DNA of 63,978 nucleotides, the filler included, from Octopus bimaculoides (Eukaryota): NCBI RefSeq assembly GCF_001194135.2. It is 7 parts of 6 records of this genome, joined end to end, with 100 filler letters (N's around TTAATTAATTAA, not from the genome) between each part and the next. Parts side by side here need not be neighbours in the genome. Positions count along the whole stretch, not along the records: positions 7,669 to 25,765 come from NC_068982.1; positions 25,866 to 38,217 come from NC_068994.1; 5 more parts are not named here. One strand, 5' to 3'. This document shows positions 25,639-37,855 of the stretch, piece by piece. A model generated the notes under the pieces. That model saw only the letters and a program-made list of their open reading frames with translations, did no database searches and was not told the DNA's origin. Position numbers and translations under genes: made by a program. Positions within the stretch are counted from its first letter, which is position 1. Each line of letters begins with the position of its first letter.

Positions 25639-25765
25639 TATATCTATATCTTTTTCCTTATAAATGTCCTGAAAACTCCTCACAGCCTTGGCTTTATCTC
25701 ATTTTGTCTAATATATATATACACATATATATATATAGATGTATGTATGTGTGTATATATATATA

Positions 25766-25865
25766 NNNNNNNNNNNNNNNNNNNNNNNNNNNNNNNNNNN
25801 NNNNNNNNNTTAATTAATTAANNNNNNNNNNNNNNNNNNNNNNNNNNNNNNNNNNNNNNNNNNNN
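25766..25865. other. Artificial concatenation linker
   Basis: N44-TTAATTAATTAA-N44. Confidence 0.97.
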
Positions 25866-25931
25866 TTCTTATCATGCACACACATACATATATACATACA
25901 TATAGGTATAATATATATATATATATATATA

Positions 25932-26866
25932 CTAGCTGACGCACCCAGTAATTCCCGGGAACACGGGGCTTATTCTTTGGTTCCTTTCCCATAATTGTTT
26001 CGCTAATCCAATAACAACAATACAAAATATGTACCCCTGAGAACGGTTTTTGTGCATTTACAGAGAATACCGAACTGTCTTAAAGATGATCTTGCTTTTA
26101 GGAATTCCCAATAAGTTATGAATACCCAAACTGTGAAGTCAGTTATGGAGTAACATAAAATTAGTTACTCGATAGTAAGAATTCAAATAAAGTAGTCCCA
26201 AAAAGAGCTTTAATGCGTTCCCAGAGTACATAGGAGGAAATACTAATAAGGTATATATACTAAACTTGTTGAAGCATGTTATGTAATAACAGGCTGATCA
26301 GATATGAGATAATAACAATTCAAAGTAAATATCTCTGAAAGGGCTTTCGTGCTTTCCCAAGGAATAGAGAATATTACCCTCAGCGGCGCAAGTGTTGGCA
26401 TATTCGTGAACAAGTCACTAACCGAAATAAGTGGATCTAATGTTTAGGAAAATTCTATTTACTTGTTTAAAGGTTGTACTGGATAAATTGCGAAAATAAC
26501 TCTAACAGTTCAAATACTAAGAAATAAGCATACTCAATTTCATTTTTACCAAATAATTTAGAAAAATGAATGGGTTACTTCCCTTGGCTATATACAAGGA
26601 TCCCTTCTAGGGGTGAATGGGTTATTTCCCTTGGTTATTAAAATAAAACGTATTAGATATATATATATAAAGATCCCTTCCAGGGGCCCTATTATCGATT
26701 TTTTTCAACAATCTGACAATCTGAGTATGCCATGAGGTTTCCAGACACGAGTTCTAATTACGTGTCAAGTTTTATCAAAATCGATAAAACGATGTAGCAG
26801 GAGTTAGCTAACAAGTCCATAAACACACCCACAGACAGAATTTCCCACATATGTAGTATATATAGA
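25932..26866 (-). mobile_element. Apparently complete non-autonomous Helitron (935 bp)
   Basis: Minus strand begins A|TCTATATATAC (26866) and ends with a short GC hairpin (25944-25959) and CTAG|T (25932), i.e. inserted between A and T with no TSD. The 5' region ..tgtctgt..gttagctaactcc..cgattttgataaaacttgacac resembles Lep1-type Helitrons. Confidence 0.8.
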
Positions 26867-27384
26867 TATATATGCACACATAATACACATATAATACATG
26901 TATATATATACACATACACACACATTCACACACACACACATACACAGATATAACATGTATATTATATAGCATATATGTGCTATGATATAGTTTATATGCT
27001 TAATATATCCAATATATTTATATTACATATTTCTGCATAAATACATATAATAAATATGTAACATATTTACCTATATATAATATATAAGATCTATATGTGT
27101 ATGTGTGTATGTTTATACGAGTGTATTACATATAACACAATCACATAATTCGCGTGTACATTAACAGTTTACAGATGCATTTTAATACCGAGAAAATTCC
27201 TGGTGAGATCTTGCGCGTGATTTGTGCATGCTGCTTATAATAATGTTTATACGTTTTGTTTGTTGGTTTGTATGTATGTATGTATGTATGTATGTATGTA
27301 TGTATGTGTGTGTGTATGAACGAACGTATGTACGTACGTACGTATGTATGTATACATGTATGTATGTATTACCCAGAGTGTTAC

Positions 27385-27575
27385 TAATTTAGGCACGAGG
27401 CAGTCAGTTTTTTTTTTTTTGAAGGAACGTTTTCTGTACTTGACAAGCACTTTATTTATCGACCCTGAAGGGATGAAAGCGAAGTTGGCTGCGGCATGAT
27501 TTAAACTCAGAATGTATAAAGCTGGAATACACACCGGAAAACAAATTTCCTATGCTCTAACGATATTGCTAGCCT
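27385..27575 (-). mobile_element. SINE family A, very degenerate
   Basis: tttatcgaccctgaagggatgaaagcgaagt..aactcagaa..ctaacgat..gctagc. Confidence 0.6.
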
Positions 27576-27627
27576 ATACATATGAACAACAACAACAACA
27601 ACAACAACAATGATGATGATGATGATG

Positions 27628-27661
<34 letters not shown>

Positions 27662-27693
27662 TGATGATGATGATGNNNNNNNNNNAATAATAA

Positions 27694-27774
27694 GCAAACC
27701 ACAGCACATACCCAAGGCACACAGAGCTGCGCTCGGTAGTGAAGTGAAAGCACGTTATAAAAATAAAACTACTG
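27694..27774 (+). mobile_element. 3' UTR-only copy of R4-like subfamily alpha, embedded in (AAT)n
   Basis: gcaaaccacagcacatacccaaggcacacagagctgcgctcggtagtgaagtgaaagcacgttataaaaata..actg is the reverse complement of 1104-1185 with about three differences. Confidence 0.85.
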
Positions 27775-27777
27775 AAC

Positions 27778-27841
<64 letters not shown>

Positions 27842-28484
27842 GCCTTTCTACTATAGGCACAAGGCCTGAAACTTTGTGAGAGATGGTAAATCGATTATAT
27901 CGACTTACCAGTGTTTCACTGGAACTTAATTTATCAACCTCGAAAGGATGAAAGGGAAAGTCGACCTCAGCGGAATTTGAACTCAGATCGTAGCGACGGG
28001 TGAAATACCGCTAAGCATTTCGTCCAGCGTGCTAACGATTCTGTGACCTCACCTTAATATAAAAGCACAAGGCCTGAAATTTTGGGAGAGGTGAGTAGTC
28101 GATAACATCTACCCTAGTGTTTCACTGGTACTTAATTTAACGACCCCGAAAGGATGAAAGGTAAAGTCGACATCGTCGGAATTTGAACTCAGAACGTAAA
28201 GACGGACGTAATGCCGCTAAGTATTTTGTTCGGCGTGCTAACGATTCTGCCAGCTCGCCTTAATAATAATAATCTTTTTTCTTCTCTAGGCACAAGGCCT
28301 GAAATTTTGGGGGCAGGGGCGAGTCGATTAGGTCGACTCCAGTACGTAACTGGTACTTAATTTATCGACCACGAAAGGATGAAAGGCTAAGTCGACCTCG
28401 GCAGAATTTGAACTCAGAACGTAAAAGCGGGCGAAATACCACCAGGCATTTCGCCCGGCGAGCTAACGATTCTGCCAGCTCATC
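27842..28484 (-). mobile_element. Three head-to-tail SINE family A copies (27842-28053, ~28058-28260, 28274-28484)
   Basis: Each has tail, body and head; they are separated by short AT-rich/(AAT)n spacers and are mutually diverged. Confidence 0.9.
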
Positions 28485-28541
28485 TTAATAATAATAATGA
28501 TACGATAAAAATAACACTTTTCAAGTTTGTGAATTCTGTTA

Positions 28542-28637
<96 letters not shown>

Positions 28638-28666
28638 TATATATATAAATATATATATATACACAT

Positions 28667-28703
<37 letters not shown>

Positions 28704-28894
28704 CATATATATACATACATATATATATATATATATATGATTATTATTATTATTATTATTGCAATAATATGTATGCATTCATGTGTACGTGTGTGAGTAC
28801 TGCGTATGTATTTATGTGCGTGTGTATATATGCGAGCATGTATGTATGCTATGTCTATATGTGTGCATATGCATGTATGTATATGTGTGTTTGT

Positions 28895-28963
<69 letters not shown>

Positions 28964-29329
28964 CACATTACATTCCGCTGTGTAACGAGTTTCCACACAA
29001 TAAACCATCCTCTTTTCATCCATTTATTCCTCTTTCTCCGTCTGTGTCTCAGTCATTTATTCTCTGCAATTCTGTCTCTTCCGAAGCAAAGCAATCTACT
29101 TTCACTTTCATTACTCCCGCCCCTCCTACTATTATTATTACTTGCAGTACGTCTATATTCTTTACTGCCTTCACCACAACTAGCAATATCAGCATCTACA
29201 AATACTACCACCACAACCACTATCAGCACCATCACCACCATCACCACCACCACGACCACCACCACTACCACGTATATTGATATACCTCAATATTTCTACC
29301 GCTACTTCTGAACAATATCACAACCACCG

Positions 29330-29385
<56 letters not shown>

Positions 29386-29396
29386 GTGTTCATCAG

Positions 29397-29464
29397 TTGA
29401 GATTGTTGCTCTGCAAAGAAGGGACAGCACGCCTGGCCGCTGCGATGAAGCCAGAATATCGAAG
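29397..29464 (+). CDS. Candidate 68-nt exon (unidentified)
   Basis: cag| acceptor after (TAC)n, GC-rich island, consensus donor AAG|GTAAGT. Two frames are open: LRLLLCKEGTARLAAAMKPEYR and (V)EIVALQRRDSTPGRCDEARISK. Confidence 0.3.
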
Positions 29465-31040
29465 GTAAGTTAGAAGTGATTATTATTTCAGTCAGTGAGA
29501 AATGATTTTAGTGTTGGACAGAATTATAGCCAAGGCCGTTAGATATTTTAATAAACATCCTTNNNNNNNNNNNNNNNNNNNNNNNNNNNNNNNNNNNNNN
29601 NNNNNNNNNNNNNNNNNNNNNNNNNNNNNNNNNNNNNNNNNNNNNNNNNNNNNNNNNNNNNNNNNNNNNNNNNNNNNNNNNNNNNNNNNNNNNNNNNNNN
29701 NNNNNNNNNNNNNNACCACCACCACCACCACCGCCACTACTAATACCGTTTATAGGAGTACAACTACCACGACTACCATCATCGTTCAAGTACCACGGCT
29801 AACACTACCACTTCTACTACCATTTCTAGTAACACCACAACCACCACTACCACCGTTTCTGGTACCACATCCACCACTACCGTTTCTAACACCACAGCCA
29901 CCACTACCATCACAACAACCACTATTTCTACCACCACAACTACCACCGCTTCTACCACTGCTACCACCACTATCGTTTCTAGCAGCACCGCCACTACTTG
30001 CAAATTCTTGCCCTACCGTCACCACTACCATCTCTTACTAGCTGCTATAACCACTGCTACCGCCATCATCATCATCATCGTCATCTTTAATAGTGCAGAA
30101 GCAACATGAGATTCCGATTTTTACCCAATCCTACTACTGTGGTCTCTTACATCACCACCGCCACTACCACCACCATCACTATCACCATGACCAACAGCAA
30201 CGGAAAAACTGTCACCACTCCCACCGTTACCAATACTACCACTACAGCGACTGCTACTAACATATCTGCCACCACCATCGTCAGCATCCGCATCACTGTC
30301 ATCATCATCATCATCATCATATTCGTCATCACCAGCTCCAACGCCAATACCAGCACCAGCATCACTACGACCACTATTTCTACTTATTACTAGCCATTAC
30401 CACCACCACCGCCGCCGCCGCCGCCGCTGCCGTCGCTTCTACAGTTACCGCCACTGTCAATTATCACCCCCACACCTTTACTACCACCAGCATCACCACC
30501 ACTATCACCATCATCACCACTATTCTCTAACCTCCGTCGTTATAAACGCCACTGTTACCACCACCATCACCTCCTTTTCCATCATAATGTACATTTTTAG
30601 GGGGTTTGATGGGGGTATTTTAGTGTTTGTGTGTGTGCACGTGTGCGTGTGTGTAATGTAAAAATCTAATTAATTTTGTGATATTGGTGTTGATAATAAT
30701 TATGGTAATAATGATGAAAATGGTAATGAGGAAGGTTACACAAATCATAAGGATGATGTTGATGATAACTATAATGGTGGAATTGGAAATCGTGAAGTAG
30801 TCAGTCATTAACTGCCAGTTGCGCTCGACCTCTACTACGTTCCACAACACATCAGAGCTTCGAACTGTCATTACAAACCACACCAAAGACACACGCAGTC
30901 CGTCACCACTACCACCACGCCCCTACGCACACACACACACACACACGTATGTATGTATGTACGTATGTATGTATGTATGTATGTATGTATGTATGTATGT
31001 ATGTATGTATGTATGTATGTATGTATCTATCCATCCATCC

Positions 31041-31077
<37 letters not shown>

Positions 31078-32744
31078 NNNNNNNNNNNNNNNNNNNNNNN
31101 NNNNNNNNNNNNNNNNNNNNNNNNNNNNNNNNNNNNNNNNNNNNNNNNNNNNNNNNNNNNNNNNNNNNNNNNNNNNNNNNNNNNNNNNNNNNNNNNNNNN
31201 NNNNNNNNNNNNNNNNNNNNNNNNNNNNNNNNNNNNNNNNNNNNNNNNNNNNNNNNNNNNNNNNNNNNNNNNNNNNNNNNNNNNNNNNNNNNNNNNNNNN
31301 NNNNNNNNNNNNNNNNNNNNNNNNNNNNNNNNNNNNNNNNNNNNNNNNNNNNNNNNNNNNNNNNNNNNNNNNNNNNNNNNNNNNNNNNNNNNNNNNNNNN
31401 NNNNNNNNNNNNNNNNNNNNNNNNNNNNNNNNNNNNNNNNNNNNNNNNNNNNNNNNNNNNNNNNNNNNNNNNNNNNNNNNNNNNNNNNNNNNNNNNNNNN
31501 NNNNNNNNNNNNNNNNNNNNNNNNNNNNNNNNNNNNNNNNNNNNNNNNNNNNNNNNNNNNNNNNNNNNNNNNNNNNNNNNNNNNNNNNNNNNNNNNNNNN
31601 NNNNNNNNNNNNNNNNNNNNNNNNNNNNNNNNNNNNNNNNNNNNNNNNNNNNNNNNNNNNNNNNNNNNNNNNNNNNNNNNNNNNNNNNNNNNNNNNNNNN
31701 NNNNNNNNNNNNNNNNNNNNNNNNNNNNNNNNNNNNNNNNNNNNNNNNATATATATATATATATATATATATATACATGCATACATACATACGTATATAT
31801 ATATATACACACACATGCATACATACATACATACATACATACATACATACACACATATTTATACATACATACATACATACATACATGAACATATATATTA
31901 GTAAATGTCATGCACGAAACTCTCGGCCTTCAAGTCGCTCATCTAACTTTGAGCGTATAAGCGTGTGTGTTTGTGTGTGTGTATTGTGTCTCTGTGGCAG
32001 GTGTATAGTTTGACAGCTATTGTTATAGTGTCTACTGTATTATATCTACTACACTCATAGTAGTATCTCTTCAAAAATAAACATGACTTAATCATTGTCT
32101 CTGACATTGTATTATCACACAAGAAAACAAACTATGACCAGATATATTTGACGATTTTGCAACAACTGAATTATTGTGAAGGAAATCAATTTTAGTAAAT
32201 TAATTTTCAGTGAATTTGTATACACACCGCATGAAGAAACCATGATTTGTGCTTTTGGAATCTCGTACCCTTCAGATCTTTTATGTCACCCTTCCATTAT
32301 TTCGTCATTGACCCAGTGCTATATATCATTAAGCTGTGAGCACTGTAACCTCAGAACAACTGCTATTATGTTTCATAATTGGAAGACAAAAATATCAATT
32401 TAAATTCATGACTAGATTTCTCGACTTAGCTTCATGTTTATATTTGCGATGAATTTAACAGCTTTGTTGAATGTGCAGCTCTTCTCACCTTGCAGTACAC
32501 CCAGAATATACGTACCCCAGTTCTCTCCCCCCTCCCTCTCTCTCTCCCTATACACACACACATACACACACATATATATATAAACATACATACATACATA
32601 CATACATACTGTAAACAAATAAGAATGGACAGCTCAAAACATCAATATTTACGTATCTTTCTGGAGTAACGTGTTAACCTTAATATACGTTTAAGTGCTT
32701 CTAAGTTAATTTACCAAGATCTTTCTGACCTCATTGCCTTATAT

Positions 32745-32870
32745 GCACTTGAATCGACTCCTCTACTTTTTTAAAGCCTGGTATTATCCTATCGGTCTCT
32801 TTTCGGAGCCGCTAAGTTACAGGGACGTAAACAAACCAGCACCAGTTGTCAAGCGTTGGTAGAGAACAAA
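32745..32870 (-). mobile_element. SINE family CD 3' module, diverged
   Basis: aatcgactc..aaagcctggta..ctatcggtctctttt..ccgctaagttacagggacgtaaac..gttgtcaagcg. Confidence 0.75.
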
Positions 32871-33618
32871 CAGAAAGGCACGTGCACACACAAGCACGTG
32901 CACACATAAGCACGTGCGCACATGCGTGCGCGCGCATACACACATGTACATACATACATATATATACATATAAACGTATATACATACATATACATACACG
33001 CATCTATCTACACACACAAATACACACACACACACATACATACATACATACATACATACATACATACCCTATTTTTGAAATTCCAATGGAGGAGCCTTGG
33101 ATCTAGGTTAGAAACTGGCTCTTTCTCTATTGGTGTGAAATCTTGAAATAAAACTAAATAACAATATACATACATACATGCATACATACACACACTTAAA
33201 ATCGCGCACGCACGCACACACACACACACATATACAGTCCTCCCCTCTCCATCATAGTCTTACAAACCATCACAGGAATTTAAGACTGGATCCACATAGG
33301 AACTCCTATGTTTTAGTTTTCATAGGAGAATAAGAGAGAAAAATCTAGATATGGCAGCTATATCTATAATCAAGAGGCTTCGAAGTAAACTGAGCAAAGA
33401 CTAAACTTTTAACTGGCAAGACCTGGATATATTCTGGGAAATGACATTGCTTGATATACAGAAAATGAGTCGGTATAAACCATACGCTGTACCTAATGTG
33501 AGCAAGAAGTATGGTAGAACTACAGGCAGACTCAAAGAGAAATTAAGCTCCACATGTGACAGATGCNNNNNNNNNNNNNNNNNNNNNNNNNNNNNNNNNN
33601 NNNNNNNNNNNNNNNNNN

Positions 33619-33677
<59 letters not shown>

Positions 33678-34139
33678 CACACACACACACAGATACATCC
33701 ACATGCACACACATGCACAGATGCACACATACACACATATGCATAAAGTAAACAGTAGGATGTGAGCAAAATAACGATGGTCACTTATGGCAATTAGTGA
33801 GTATAAACAGTTGAAAATGAAAGGAACTGGGCACAGACATATCAAATATGCACCCCTACCCATTTTTTATCTTTTATTCCAAAAATTTCTTCAGAAATTA
33901 TGATTTTACCCCAAAGAACAGCTTTTCAAAATTTCAAATTTGCTTATTACATTATGCAAAAATTGTTTAGGAAATTCCACAGGGAAAATATGGATATTAT
34001 GATTCTGAAAAAAATTTTTTTTCAAAATTTCAACTTTGTTAAAATACCCTGTCTTCACCAACCCTTTAATTCAGCTTTTGGAATACCAGTTAATCTCCAT
34101 AGCAACATCCTGAACGTTTTTAAATTCAATTGTGCATTT

Positions 34140-34460
34140 TCACGTGCGTGGATGCCTGTCAAACCAAGAAACAAACCAGGGAGGTCTGCATATGGTCAAT
34201 AGATATGCTTGAAATAATAACCAAATCTCTGAAAAATAACTTTTTTCCAAAACCCAATTTTTTAAAATCAGCCATTCCCCTGGTATATCAGAGTAACAGT
34301 AACCACTGCTCATGTGTTGATGCCTGTTGAACCAGTGGATGAAATGAGAGAGACCTCAATGTGGTCACTTGACATGCTAGAAATAACAGCCAAAACTCTG
34401 ACAAATAACTTTTTTCCAAAACTTCACTTCTTTTATAACATCCTCTCCCCTGGCTTTCAG
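34140..34460 (+). repeat. Diverged tandem duplication, ~170-bp unit
   Basis: gatgcctgt..tggtca..gaaataa..ccaaa..tctg..aataacttttttccaaaac..tcccctgg occurs at ~34150-34285 and ~34319-34455. Confidence 0.8.
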
Positions 34461-34716
34461 AATAGCAATATTTGCCCAACAGAAAAAAGGACAGCATCAA
34501 CACTCTCCACAACTGACCTACACAGAAGGATTAGCTATATTTGTTGCCCTCAACCTCTCTATTAAAGGGAAAGCAAAACAGATAATGCATCCATGTAATC
34601 CTGTTTTCTTTGCCATTGTTGTTAGACAAGTTTCAAATGTTTTAAATTACCATTAGAACCAAAACAGGAATTTAATGTTTATTTATAAAATTAAAGATTC
34701 ATTATTTTTCTCAATA

Positions 34717-34856
34717 GGCACAGGCCTGGCTGTGTGGTTTAGAAGCTCACTCTGTAACTGTGGAACACCTTGTGCAAGTGTCTTCTACTATAACCCCAGG
34801 CCAACTACAGCCTTACGAGTGAATTTGGTTGATGGAAACTGTGTGGAAGCCCATCA

Positions 34857-34857
<1 letters not shown>
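34717..34857 (+). mobile_element. SINE family CD head with deaminated CpGs
   Basis: ggctgtgtgg..accttgtgcaagtgtcttctactata..; family cctcgggccgacc, gacggaaac and gcccgtc appear as ccccaggccaact, gatggaaac and gcccatc. Confidence 0.8.
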
Positions 34858-34893
<36 letters not shown>

Positions 34894-36137
34894 ACACGTT
34901 TAAGATGTGGTGTATAATGGGAAGAAGGTTGATGCACTTGTGTATGAAGGTGTAGCCAGTCTTTAAAATTTTCAAAATGCTGAACTACCTTTCACTCACG
35001 TTTTTCCAGCTATAGCTCAGCTGACATTTTGTCATACAGAAACATGTGCTCATTGGTGACTAGAATGCACTTTAACTTGCCTAGAAATAAAGAAGCAGTA
35101 GTATTCCGTCAGCTAAGAAATAATGAGAGGTAAAAGGTGCATTGGGTTTAGTTAAGTCCAACTTCCCTAACTAAAAAAATGAAAGCATATCTCCCTAAAG
35201 ACAAATGATTTGACATCTATGCTCATGGAACTCCAGAAACCCAACACTTTTGTGCTCTTAATACCTAAAAACTTCCATTCCAGCATTCATGTCTTCTAAA
35301 AAGTTTGATCAACAAGCTTTCCTTCCCCAAAGTGCACAAAATTTATTATCTTCAGACTCAGAATAAACCATTGGGTATGATTTCAATTAGACATACACAT
35401 AAGACAGTACTTACAAGAGAAAGAAAATAGCATCTCAAATTTAACCACATTATCTTCTCTTTAATTTAGCCACATTTGTTTTCTCTTTAATTTTTTCCCT
35501 ACATTTTTTTCATCCAAAACCCTCTCAATGGGCATAATTAAATTCAAATTCCAACTCCAGCTGCAATATTTATAAGTTTCCACTTCTTGTTCTGTATTTT
35601 TCTAAGTTCAGCTAATAAAGAATATTATCACTCCTCCTACATCTGTATTTTCCTAGCATATATAAATAACTAACTGTTGCTCCCTCGCTGCTGGTAAATG
35701 CCTTCTCCTTTTCTCTCCCTAACATTCAATTTTTATATCTTCTAGTCAGGAGGGAAGGCAGTGTCCATGACACTTTATAGTATCTCTAAGACTGGTAGGA
35801 GGTAGGCAGGAAGGTATTCTCAAACTGGAAACCTGGTCTGAGTGCTTACAACAAGCTTAACTCCACTCAAGACACTCAAGAACTGGTTGCAGTGTTAAAC
35901 TGGGTGACAATTTCATTCTCTCATGCAAGTAGGCCATAGCGAGATTTGAACATAGAGCACAAAGAGTGGGAAAAAATACTACAGACATCTTGTATGACAT
36001 TCTTATTGTTTCATTAATCCACCATGCTGCATTGGCGCTTTTTTATCAGTACCTGGAAATAGTTTCTGTTATCTTGGTGACCTGTTACCAATGGTGGAGG
36101 ATGTATTGAAAGGATAGTAGCTGGAATAACTACAAAC

Positions 36138-36635
36138 TGAAGAAGGTTCAGTGAGTTATTACTTCTACTGGTAAAAAAAAGTTTCTATCTCAGTGAAAAG
36201 CAGACAGTATGATGCCAGTACATGAACCACAATGCCACATGGTAGTGAGACATGGGCCAGGCCTTGAATGCATCTCTTTCTAGTCTTTGCAGGATCAAAG
36301 ATTAGAAGGAAAAAAAAAGCTGGCATGGTCTACTGGATGTACAGTGTCAGTATACAAGAATGACAGAGTGTAAATGTGTTGAGAGAAACACTGGGTTAGG
36401 AGGAATCAGGTGTAGTGTACAAGAGAGATTACATTGGTTTGGTCATGCTAATGGATAAGGATAGTTTTATAAATAAGTGCTGATTACAGTAGATGGTACC
36501 TGTTGTAAAGGAAGACCTAAGAGGACCCAGGAAGATGTGATTTGAGTTATTGTAGGCTAATCTTGGGATGTTGAGCCTCATACAAGAGGTGACAAAGGAT
36601 TGAGATGAGTGGTGATATGCAGTGCTCTAGAAGAT
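36138..36635 (+). mobile_element. Heavily decayed RTE-clade LINE 3' coding end
   Basis: In-frame HGSETWA at 36238-36258; remnants of KKFRELL, LREKLG, WFGHV and GRPxxTW. Confidence 0.75.
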
Positions 36636-37377
36636 CCTCCCAGTTATGTTAACATGGTCTCACTCAAGTTCAAAAGTATGTACACATTATATATATAGCT
36701 GGGTCACTCCCAGTATTCTTGCCAAGCCTTACAGCTGCTTTTTCTTTTCCCTCCCCTCATTCAGTTAACTGGGTCCTTCCCCTAAGCCCATTGTTACACC
36801 CCACCCATATTTATTATCGTTTTTTTCATCGTCCACCACAACACCTGTTTTATCTATCTCTTAATCTCTGCTATATTCTTACAGCCTTTACCCCACCCCT
36901 ACTTTCATATTCCTATCACTCATCCCTCTATCACTATCCTATCTAATATTCTACTGCTGTAAATAATGAAATCAGAACCTTTTACCACAAGCCATATCAT
37001 ATCATCACTCTCTGTTCTCCCAGCAACTCCCAACTAATATTTTTCAATCATCCTTATCATCCACCCCACCATTCATGTTTGCTGTTGATCACCCTCATTC
37101 CTGATCACCATTCCCTACATTCATCACTTATATACATCTAACCACCTCCACCCCATGCATGATCCATCTCTCACTCTCCCTCATACACTTGCCATTTTAC
37201 CCACCTCTGTTGATTCTCTGTCTCCATACTGTCTTTTATTCACCTTCTTGGACATGTTACCTTGAGGGTATTTTCTGGACTCTTATCACCTCTGTATTGA
37301 GTTCACTCTGTGACACCTTTTGGGTATGCAAACAACGAGAGAACATGGATATGCAAACAATGAGAGAAACAGATGAA

Positions 37378-37855
37378 AAACAAGAGAAGTAACATAAACG
37401 ACCCTTCATCAGTTGTTGGCTGTCCTTCTACACCTTATTTTGAGCATTGAACGATAGTATAAGACTTTGAAGGCAGTTGCTCCTGCGAACCAAAATAAAA
37501 TTGGGATTTGCGGAGGGTCAAAGTTGGTAACAAAAACAGGACAGTGGAGACATACAAGGAAACCGAACGTAAACAAACATGGAGGGTTGATAGACCAGAC
37601 GAGATAAAGTAGTGAATGCTGGATATATATTGTCTTTGACAAGTGAAAAGATAAAAGAGGAGACAGATAGTAATACATGCAGTCTGTATGACAGCACTGA
37701 AGGAAAAGAAAGATGATCATGTGAGGAAAAGAAAGATGGACGATGGTCATGTATGAGCAATGAGAGAGAGTAAAGGAAGAAGAGGGGGAGAGAGAGACAT
37801 AGAAAACGGTGAAGGAAAGAATGATGAAGGGTCGTTTATGTTACTTGTCTTGTTT
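37378..37855. mobile_element. Element bounded by 34-bp inverted repeats (37378-37411 and 37822-37855), possibly Penelope-like
   Basis: aaacaagagaagtaacataaacgacccttcatca versus the reverse complement of tgatgaagggtcgtttatgttacttgtcttgttt: 33/34 identical. The interior is purine-rich on the plus strand. Confidence 0.55.

Larger units (their letters stand above)
25291..25712. mobile_element. Foldback: inverted pair of Penelope-like pseudo-LTR fragments (arms ~25291-25455 and 25550-25712, 94-nt loop)
   Basis: Arms are reverse complements at roughly 90% identity by eye, with two small indels. Each arm contains a hammerhead-like motif, a known hallmark of Penelope-like element repeats. Confidence 0.75.

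Noticed and set aside
29716-30560. Thr-rich mucin-like ORFs
   Set aside because: Degenerate ACC/ACT/ATC repeats; the Thr-rich phase switches frame repeatedly and similar tracts occur throughout the window.
33075-33130. Hammerhead-like ccaatgga-ggagcct(tggatct)aggtt-a-gaaactggc-tc
   Set aside because: The layout is suggestive of a decayed PLE motif, but the core reads CCAATGG instead of CTGANGA and stem III does not pair; it cannot be supported without a family consensus.
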